This document shows, in pieces, positions 34,027 to 40,539 of a stretch of 40,539 nucleotides of DNA; positions within the stretch are counted from its first letter, which is position 1, and each line of letters opens with the position of its first letter. The stretch is from a virus (Duplodnaviria > Heunggongvirae > Uroviricota > Caudoviricetes), in the IMG/VR virus record IMGVR_UViG_2541047802_000008; one strand, given 5' to 3'. The notes under the pieces are model-generated. The model did not search any database and was not told the DNA's origin. It was given only the letters and a program-made list of their open reading frames with translations. Made by a program: the position numbers and the translations under genes.

Positions 34027-37000
34027 ATGACGGTCTCAACCGAAGTTGACCACAACGAATACACCGGTAACGGCGTTACGACATCGTTTCCGTATACTTT
34101 TCGAATTTTCAGAAAATCAGACCTGGTTGTTCAGGTGTCTGACCTGAACGGAAACGTAACAGAATTGGTTCTGGATACCGGTTATACGGTAACTGGGGCG
34201 GGCACTTATAGTGGCGGTTCTGTGGTTCTTCCGTCTCCGCTTGCTACTGGATGGCGAATTACGATAGATCGTGTGCTTGATGTAGTGCAGGAGACAGACC
34301 TTCGCAATCAGGGAAAATTTTTCCCCGAAGTGCATGAAGATGCCTTTGACTACCTGACGATGCTGATCCAGCAATGTTTTGGGTGGTTCAGACGTGCATT
34401 GATGAAACCATCTTTGCTTGCAAAATATTACGATGCAAAGCAAAACAAAATTTCTAACCTTGCAGATCCATCATTTGAGCAGGACGCTGTAAATAATCGC
34501 TCAATGCGTAATTATGTCGATGCTGCAATCGCCGGGGTTGTTGGTGGTTTTGGTTGGTTTATTCAGTATGGTTCTGGGGCAGTATACCGAACGTTCCAGG
34601 ATAAGATGCGTGATGCTATTAGCCCCAAAGATTTTGGAGCTGTTGGTGATGGTATAAATGACGATTCCACTGCAATAAGCGCGTGCCTTGAAGCCTCATC
34701 TCCAGGTTATAAAATTGACGGATTAGGGCTTACTTTTAAAGTATCAACTCTTCCGGATGTCAGCCGATTTAAAAATGCTCGTTTTTTATTTGAGAGAATA
34801 CCGGGTCAGCCTCTTTTTTATGCTTCTGAAGATTTTATCCAGGGAGAGTTATTTAAAATTACAGATACACCGTGGTACAACGCCTGGACGCAGGATAAAA
34901 CGTTTGTATATGACAATGTCATCTATGCGCCTTTTATGGCTGGAGACCGCCATGGTGTAAATAACCTCCATGTTGCATGGGTTCGCTCAGGAGATGACGG
35001 GAAGACCTGGACAACGCCGGAATGGCTTACAGATTTACATGAAAACTATCCCACAGTTAACTATCACTGCATGAGTATGGGGGTTGTCAGAAATCGCCTT
35101 TTTGCTGTAATTGAGACGCGGACCGTGAGCGGAAATAAACTGCAGGTTGCAGAGTTGTGGGATCGCCCAATGAGTCGCAGCCTTCGCGTTTATGGTGGTA
35201 TAACGAAAGCAGCAAATCAGCAAGTCGCTTATATTCGCATTACTGATCACGGATTATTTGCTGGTGATTTTGTCAACTTCTCAAACTCTGGTGTTACAGG
35301 TGTTACCGGGAATATGACGGTGACTACTGTTATTGATAAAAATACTTTTACAGTTACGACGCAAAATACCCAGGATGTGGATCAGAATAACGAGGGTAGA
35401 TACTGGAGTTTTGGTACATCATTTCACTCGTCACCATGGAGAAAAACCAGTCTTGGAACTATTCCTTCTTTTGTTGACGGAAGCACTCCTGTTACTGAGA
35501 TTCACAGTTTTGCGACGATTAGCGATAACAGTTTTGCTGTTGGCTACCATAATGGTGATATTGGTCCACGCGAGCTTGGGATACTCTATTTCTCTGATGC
35601 TTTCGGTTCTCCTGGTAGCTTTGTTCGCAGACGCATACCTGCAGAATATGAGGCGAATGCATCTGAGCCATGTGTAAAATATTATGATGGCATTCTGTAT
35701 CTGACGACCAGGGGGACATTAAGTACTCAACCCGGTAGTTCATTGCACAGAAGCTCTGATTTAGGTACATCATGGAATTCTCTTCGCTTCCCAAATAATG
35801 TTCATCACTCAAACCTTCCTTTTGCCAAAGTTGGCGATGAGCTGATTATTTTTGGCAGTGAGCGCGCATTTGGTGAGTGGGAAGGAGGAGAACCTGATAA
35901 CCGTTATGCAGGAAACTATCCAAGAACATTTATGACCAGAGTTAACGTCAATGAGTGGAGTCTGGATAATGTAGAGTGGGTTAATGTTACTGATCAGATT
36001 TATCAGGGCGGAATAGTTAACTCTGCGGTTGGTGTTGGTTCAGTTTGTATCAAAGACAACTGGCTGTACTACATTTTCGGTGGGGAAGACTTTCTAAACC
36101 CATGGAGCATAGGGGATAACAACAGAAAATATCCTTATGTTCACGATGGTCACCCGGCTGATTTGTATTGTTTCAGGGTGAAAATTAAACAGGAAGAATT
36201 TGTTTCAAGGGATTTTGCCTACGGAGCCACTCCTAACAGAACGCTTCCTACTTTTATGTCGACGTCAGGCGTGAGGACGGTTCCTGTACCTGTTGATTTC
36301 ACAGATGATGTTGCCGTCCAGTCACTGACTGTCCATGCAGGTACATCAGGACAAGTTCGCGCGGAAGTCAAACTTGAGGGTAATTACGCCATTATTGCGA
36401 AGAAAGTACCGTCTGATGATGTTACCGCTCAGAGATTAATCGTTAGCGGCGGTGAAACAACGTCTTCAGCAGATGGTGCAATGATAACGTTGCATGGTTC
36501 CGGAAGCAGTACTCCACGTCGCGCGGTATATAACGCACTCGAACATCTTTTTGAGAACGGAGATGTTAAACCTTATCTTGATAATGTAAATGCTCTTGGT
36601 GGTCCGGGAAACAGGTTCTCGACAGTTTATCTTGGCTCCAATCCTGTGGTTACCAGTGACGGAACATTAAAGACAGAGCCGGTCTCTCCTGACGAAGCAT
36701 TGCTGGATGCCTGGGGTGACGTCAGGTATATCGCTTATAAATGGCTGAACGCTGTCGCTATAAAGGGGGAAGAAGGGGCGAGGATACATCATGGTGTAAT
36801 CGCGCAGCAACTTCGTGATGTTCTTATTTCTCACGGACTCATGGAAGAAGAAAGCACAACATGCCGCTATGCCTTTCTTTGCTATGACGATTATCCCGCA
36901 GTATATGATGACGTCATTACTGGCCAAAGGGAAATGCCGCTGACTGATAATGACGGGAGCATCATTGTTGATGAGGATGATAATCCAGTGATGGTAATGG

Positions 37001-37146
37001 AAGACATCATTGAGCGCGTTGAAATAACGCCAGCAGGATCTAGATGGGGGGTCAGACCTGATCTCTTATTCTATATCGAGGCAGCATGGCAGCGCAGAGA
37101 AATGGATAAGATAAAAGAGCGGATTCAGTCTCTGGAAGAACGTTAA
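34027..37146 (+). CDS. Tailspike protein: conserved N-terminal particle-binding domain, beta-helix (pectate-lyase-like) domain, C-terminal intramolecular chaperone (S74-like) domain
   Basis: 1039 aa; N-terminal EYTGNGVTTSFPYTF motif; KDFGAVGDGINDDSTAI is the typical beta-helix tailspike motif; C-terminal GARIHHGVIAQQLRDVL matches the autoproteolytic chaperone domain of endosialidase-type spikes. Confidence 0.85.
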   Translation: MTVSTEVDHNEYTGNGVTTSFPYTFRIFRKSDLVVQVSDLNGNVTELVLDTGYTVTGAGTYSGGSVVLPSPLATGWRITIDRVLDVVQETDLRNQGKFFPEVHEDAFDYLTMLIQQCFGWFRRALMKPSLLAKYYDAKQNKISNLADPSFEQDAVNNRSMRNYVDAAIAGVVGGFGWFIQYGSGAVYRTFQDKMRDAISPKDFGAVGDGINDDSTAISACLEASSPGYKIDGLGLTFKVSTLPDVSRFKNARFLFERIPGQPLFYASEDFIQGELFKITDTPWYNAWTQDKTFVYDNVIYAPFMAGDRHGVNNLHVAWVRSGDDGKTWTTPEWLTDLHENYPTVNYHCMSMGVVRNRLFAVIETRTVSGNKLQVAELWDRPMSRSLRVYGGITKAANQQVAYIRITDHGLFAGDFVNFSNSGVTGVTGNMTVTTVIDKNTFTVTTQNTQDVDQNNEGRYWSFGTSFHSSPWRKTSLGTIPSFVDGSTPVTEIHSFATISDNSFAVGYHNGDIGPRELGILYFSDAFGSPGSFVRRRIPAEYEANASEPCVKYYDGILYLTTRGTLSTQPGSSLHRSSDLGTSWNSLRFPNNVHHSNLPFAKVGDELIIFGSERAFGEWEGGEPDNRYAGNYPRTFMTRVNVNEWSLDNVEWVNVTDQIYQGGIVNSAVGVGSVCIKDNWLYYIFGGEDFLNPWSIGDNNRKYPYVHDGHPADLYCFRVKIKQEEFVSRDFAYGATPNRTLPTFMSTSGVRTVPVPVDFTDDVAVQSLTVHAGTSGQVRAEVKLEGNYAIIAKKVPSDDVTAQRLIVSGGETTSSADGAMITLHGSGSSTPRRAVYNALEHLFENGDVKPYLDNVNALGGPGNRFSTVYLGSNPVVTSDGTLKTEPVSPDEALLDAWGDVRYIAYKWLNAVAIKGEEGARIHHGVIAQQLRDVLISHGLMEEESTTCRYAFLCYDDYPAVYDDVITGQREMPLTDNDGSIIVDEDDNPVMVMEDIIERVEITPAGSRWGVRPDLLFYIEAAWQRREMDKIKERIQSLEER

Positions 37147-37152
37147 AAAAAA

Positions 37153-37171
37153 GCCCGCAATATTTTGCGGG
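37153..37171. terminator. Hairpin with A-run upstream (terminator-like; orientation favours minus-strand transcripts)
   Basis: AAAAAAAA-GCCCGCAA-TATT-TTGCGGGT followed by TATCAAAAA; the U-tract would be on the minus strand, so it may be a leaky bidirectional terminator or an insulator against antisense transcription. Confidence 0.35.
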
Positions 37172-37452
37172 TATCAAAAACGGAGTTTGTGAAAAGTTAT
37201 CTTTGAATTCTATCATGAATCAGTACGTATTTTAAATACATGTTCAGGTTTATTACACCATAGCATTATTAAATACAAAATTAAGTCTATGGTTCCTGTA
37301 CAACTGCCCCCACTCTGCTGGCTCGTTCTGTAAAATCATTAGTACTTTTATTGAGATATATGATATGGAACAATAATGATTCATATATGGTTTACTATGC
37401 GGGTTTAGTCATCAATAATTGACTGGCTTATAGATAGTAAACAGGAGAAAGT

Positions 37453-37857
37453 ATGTCTGCTCAAGTAACAAGTGAGCAATTAAATCAGTTGCTTAGTTTT
37501 GGTTCTCTTGCTGCGGTTATTGCAGGTGTCCCTCCGGAGGTTGCTTTAGGGGCTTTGGCTGGGGCGGTAATTTTTGTTACCTCTGCAGTAGAGTACCCCA
37601 TCCGTCGCCGGGTGCTCCTGTCGATGCTCAGCTTTCTTTGCGGCCTTCTCTTTTACAAACCAGCAGCATCAATTCTTATCGGCATAGCCAGCCTGATCCC
37701 TACCATCACGCAGGACTCTTTTGAAAAAGGGATTGTTTTCTCTGCAGGCGCATTCGTGTCAGCAATTGTCGCTGTGCGTATTGGTATATGGCTCTATCAC
37801 CGTTCCGATAATCCACGCGAGTTAATTCCGGGGAGAAAAGACGATGGTAACGCATGA
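37453..37857 (+). CDS. Holin candidate (134 aa, multi-TM)
   Basis: AGGAGAAAG SD; three to four hydrophobic helices; first gene of the lysis cassette. Confidence 0.6.
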   Translation: MSAQVTSEQLNQLLSFGSLAAVIAGVPPEVALGALAGAVIFVTSAVEYPIRRRVLLSMLSFLCGLLFYKPAASILIGIASLIPTITQDSFEKGIVFSAGAFVSAIVAVRIGIWLYHRSDNPRELIPGRKDDGNA

Positions 37858-38152
37858 GTTTTTTTTGCTTATCACTAATGCAGTTATTTGCACTGGCATA
37901 GCAATTCGCGTTGTCACATTCCGGCGTAACGGCTCTCAACATCGAAGGTGGGGAGGATGGCTTGCTTATTTCCTGATTGTTGCTGCGGCCAGTATTCCTG
38001 TTCGAGTCGCCTATGCAATCTGGTTACGTACGCCAATGGCTGTGGATTTATCTGAGGTCATTATCAACGCTGTCATGCTGGCTGCGGTTATTAAAACGCG
38101 CGGTAACGTCGTTCAAATTTTTAAAGTATCGAGGTCTAAACATGGAGATTAA
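37844..38152 (+). CDS. Second holin-like / antiholin candidate membrane protein (102 aa)
   Basis: Overlaps the holin stop; three hydrophobic helices; lies between the holin and endolysin genes. Confidence 0.5.
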   Translation: MVTHEFFLLITNAVICTGIAIRVVTFRRNGSQHRRWGGWLAYFLIVAAASIPVRVAYAIWLRTPMAVDLSEVIINAVMLAAVIKTRGNVVQIFKVSRSKHGD

Positions 38153-38771
38153 ACAATTCCAGCGAGCTGCTGGTATCAGCGAGGCACTGGCCGCACGCTG
38201 GTTCTCGCATATAACTTCTGCGATGAAAGAGTTTGGTATCAGCAAAGCAGAAGATCAGGCAATGTTTATTGCTCAAGCCGGGCATGAGTCTGGGGGCTTC
38301 ACCAGGTTGCAGGAGAATTTCAACTACAGTGTCAGCGGACTGGCTAACTTCGTTCGGGCTGGGCGTCTCACTCAGGGGCAGGCTAATGCACTGGGGCGCC
38401 GTGCTGGTGAACCACCATTGCCACTTGAGCGCCAGCGCGCAATCGCAAATCTGGTATACAGCAAACGCATGGGGAACAATGCCCCTGGTGATGGCTGGAA
38501 TTACCGAGGGCGCGGACTTATCCAGATTACCGGTTTGAATAACTATCGTGATTGCGGAAACGGTCTGAAGGTTGACCTGCTGGAGAGCCCTGAACTGCTG
38601 GCGCAGGACGAATATGCGGCTCGTAGCGCGGCGTGGTTCTTCGCCAGCAAAGGATGCATGAAGTATACCGGCGATATTGCACGTGTAACTCTGATTATCA
38701 ATGGTGGCCGGAACGGCATCGACGACCGGCGAGCGCGGTACATCACTGCCAGTAAGGTGCTGGCGGTATGA
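38142..38771 (+). CDS. Endolysin, glycoside hydrolase family 19 (chitinase-like lysozyme)
   Basis: Motifs [22 protein letters not shown] and [16 protein letters not shown] are characteristic of GH19 endolysins; ATG 38142 overlaps the upstream gene end. Confidence 0.82.
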   Translation: MEIKQFQRAAGISEALAARWFSHITSAMKEFGISKAEDQAMFIAQAGHESGGFTRLQENFNYSVSGLANFVRAGRLTQGQANALGRRAGEPPLPLERQRAIANLVYSKRMGNNAPGDGWNYRGRGLIQITGLNNYRDCGNGLKVDLLESPELLAQDEYAARSAAWFFASKGCMKYTGDIARVTLIINGGRNGIDDRRARYITASKVLAV

Positions 38772-39250
38772 TCTGGGCATTCGTAAAAGCATACTGGAAA
38801 CAGTTTCTTATCGTGGCAGTGCTTGCTGTTCTGGTCATATCAGGAGTGGTTGCTTGGAATATACACGGCAGTCGCCAGTACGATGCCGGGTATGCTCAGG
38901 CGGAAGAAGACCGCAAAGCCGAAGAAGACAAAGTTCGTCAGTACTACGAACAGGAGAAAGTGACCAATGAACGTGAAGCTCAGCAGAGGATCGACCAGGC
39001 GCGCAATGATGCTCTTGATGCTGCCGCTAGCGCTGGCCGGTTGCAGCAACAACTCTTTGCCATCCGTGAGCAGCTCAGGCAGTATAACGCCATTGTCGGC
39101 GCTGGGTCGTCAGCCGCAGACACCGGAGTTTTGCTTGCCGACGTGCTCAGCAAATCTCTCGAGAGAAACAGACAACTGGCAGAGTATGCTGACCGGGCAG
39201 CCGAAGCCGGAAGAGTCTGCGAAAAACAGTACGACACTTTGACCAGATAG
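38768..39250 (+). CDS. Rz-like inner-membrane spanin (i-spanin)
   Basis: N-terminal TM helix ([18 protein letters not shown]) followed by a coiled-coil periplasmic domain; ATGA overlap with the endolysin stop. Confidence 0.7.
   Translation: MIWAFVKAYWKQFLIVAVLAVLVISGVVAWNIHGSRQYDAGYAQAEEDRKAEEDKVRQYYEQEKVTNEREAQQRIDQARNDALDAAASAGRLQQQLFAIREQLRQYNAIVGAGSSAADTGVLLADVLSKSLERNRQLAEYADRAAEAGRVCEKQYDTLTR
38967..39242 (+). CDS. Rz1-like outer-membrane lipoprotein spanin (o-spanin), embedded in the +1 frame of Rz
   Basis: AGGAGAAAG SD; signal peptide with lipobox LALAGC; Pro-rich mature peptide; embedded within the Rz reading frame. Confidence 0.6.
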   Translation: MNVKLSRGSTRRAMMLLMLPLALAGCSNNSLPSVSSSGSITPLSALGRQPQTPEFCLPTCSANLSRETDNWQSMLTGQPKPEESAKNSTTL

Positions 39251-39399
39251 CATGGCATTTTTCATGGTACTGATTTCCGGTGACGGTATATAAAACGGTA
39301 CGGGAAAAATTGAGATTTGGAAAAATGTTATCACTCAATTGGTTATGGTTATCGTAAATAATTGAGTGGGAATGATTTGACCCTGCACTATGAATGAAC

Positions 39400-39431
39400 A
39401 AAACCCTCTGTTACTACAGAGGGTTTTTTTA
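39400..39431 (+). terminator. Strong Rho-independent terminator (potentially bidirectional) closing the lysis operon
   Basis: AAAACCCTCTG-TTACTA-CAGAGGG followed by TTTTTTTAT; the A-run upstream gives some minus-strand potential for the convergent 39469 gene. Confidence 0.7.
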
Positions 39432-39468
39432 TCCTAAAGAATTATAGGTTTGAAGTTACTAACATCGT

Positions 39469-40008
39469 TTAGTTAAACCAGCTATCTGATTTATTCTCTT
39501 CTGCTTTACCCACGCTTTTCATCAGATCGCGACCGCCTTCAGTCATATTTCTGTTTGCGTCAGCTTCAGATTGCACCACATCGGTTTGCGCAGCTTTGTG
39601 CTTCAGTTCCTGATCGATAAATTCGTTTTCGCGCTTGACGCGGGCTTCTTCTTTCGCCAGCGCCAGTTTTTGTTTCTGAATCTCTAAGCTACGTAGCTCA
39701 TCTTCATAACTTTGATCGCGTTTTTTGTCCGCAGTGGCTTCGGCGTCCAGTTTATCCTGACGAGCTTTCTTATTCGCTGCTGCCGTTGCCGCTCTTTTAT
39801 TAGCCGCGGCCTGGGCGTTTGCGCGACGTTGCTTCTCTTGCTGGATTTCCCTGTTGCGCTCCGCGACCCATTCGTCATGCTGCCTTTGCTCTTCATTTTT
39901 ACCTTGCTGTTCCGCTTCTGCGACAGCCGAGAGTTGATCCTGCAATGATGAGGCGATAGCCGGATAGCTTAAGGAGGCTAAGATGGCGCAAAGAAAAACT
40001 TTCTTCAT
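39469..40008 (-). CDS. Secreted charged coiled-coil protein (179 aa) with signal peptide; host or cargo gene
   Basis: MKKVFLCAILASLSYPAIAS signal peptide; Lys/Glu/Ala/Gln-rich low-complexity mature region; convergent with the lysis operon. Confidence 0.5.
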   Translation of the reverse strand: MKKVFLCAILASLSYPAIASSLQDQLSAVAEAEQQGKNEEQRQHDEWVAERNREIQQEKQRRANAQAAANKRAATAAANKKARQDKLDAEATADKKRDQSYEDELRSLEIQKQKLALAKEEARVKRENEFIDQELKHKAAQTDVVQSEADANRNMTEGGRDLMKSVGKAEENKSDSWFN

Positions 40009-40023
40009 GACTCCTCCTGATTA

Positions 40024-40539
40024 TTAGCTCTTTTCAGGACATTTGGTATTTGGCTGAATACGCGTTTCGTTATACGTCGTGGTAATAACAACGGCTAAAC
40101 CTGTCGTAAACTGGCACTCTTTACCCACCTGGGTGGAGGTATACACTTTGGTGCCTTCCTTATATGTTAAAGAAACACCTTCCACTAAGGTTTTATCATT
40201 CACCATAGAACCCGCTGCCGCGCCTACAGCTCCGCCGCCAACTGCACCTGCCGTCGTTCCGGAATTGCTGCCAGACCCGACGTTGTGGCCGATAACACCG
40301 CCAGCGACAGCGCCAATAAGCGCGCCGAAGGCTTGTGCGTTCCGTTTATTTTGGGCGTTGTCTACGGCAACTTTTGCGGGAAGAATGGAAATAATATTAA
40401 CGGTTTTAGTTTCTTGTTTGGTATTCAGTTGATCGGTTTGATAAACATCGGCGGCATGATCATCAGCATTTGACTGGCATCCTGCCAGAGTGAATGACGC
40501 TAACATTGCCACAGGCAGAAGACATTTTTTAAATTTCAT
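40024..40539 (-). CDS. Glycine-zipper outer-membrane lipoprotein (SlyB/Pcp/OsmB-like)
   Basis: Signal peptide with lipobox LAGC; glycine-zipper GALIGAVAGGVIGHNVGSGS...GAVGGGAVGAAAGS; ATG start is the last three bases of the window. Confidence 0.6.
   Translation of the reverse strand: MKFKKCLLPVAMLASFTLAGCQSNADDHAADVYQTDQLNTKQETKTVNIISILPAKVAVDNAQNKRNAQAFGALIGAVAGGVIGHNVGSGSNSGTTAGAVGGGAVGAAAGSMVNDKTLVEGVSLTYKEGTKVYTSTQVGKECQFTTGLAVVITTTYNETRIQPNTKCPEKS

Larger units (their letters stand above)
1..39431. mobile_element. Integrated temperate prophage: lambdoid-type early/immunity/replication genes plus T7/epsilon15-like podoviral packaging and virion genes, tailspike and lysis cassette. Left end is cut by the window; right end is approximate.
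   Basis: Contiguous phage gene content from integrase to Rz/Rz1, ending at a strong intrinsic terminator (39400..39431). No att repeats identifiable within the window. Confidence 0.8.

Noticed and set aside
39251-39468. attR core in the region after the lysis cassette
   Set aside because: No tRNA 3' fragment or recognisable direct repeat; attL is outside the window so no comparison is possible.
40024-40539. Lambda Bor-like lipoprotein assignment for the terminal lipoprotein
   Set aside because: Position after the lysis genes is Bor-like, but the glycine-zipper sequence does not resemble Bor as recalled; called SlyB/OsmB-like instead.

Overview
This window is almost entirely one temperate prophage of an enterobacterial host, about 39 kb, running from a P4-type integrase at the left edge to a lysis cassette at about 39.2 kb. 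It is a mosaic: a lambdoid-style early region (leftward RecT/exonuclease operon, divergent repressor/Cro-like pair, O-like initiator with internal iterons, lambda P-like helicase loader) joined to a T7/epsilon15-like podoviral morphogenesis module (terminase, T7 gp8-like portal, scaffold, capsid, tubular and internal virion proteins, tailspike with C-terminal chaperone domain). A tRNA-Arg(UCU) sits between terminase and portal. Two outward-facing genes at the right end (39469..40539) may be host or cargo; no att site could be identified. All protein assignments are from reading the translations and recalling family motifs, not from database searches. The most interesting signals are regulatory: (1) a 15-bp palindrome TTACC-N5-GGTAA present at 11 perfect and 4 imperfect sites, clustered either side of the repressor gene and otherwise at operon starts; (2) a near-consensus LexA box in front of an 85-aa gene that is a paralogue of the C-terminal domain of an Ant-like protein, while the repressor has no autocleavage domain, suggesting SOS induction via an antirepressor; (3) a structured leader or small RNA with an intrinsic terminator and duplicated hairpin-loop motifs upstream of the Ant-like gene; (4) a recurring 12-bp palindrome GTGACATGTCAC; (5) an accessory island at 29.9-33.9 kb encoding a lipoprotein, membrane proteins and a membrane-anchored tandem zinc-ribbon protein.
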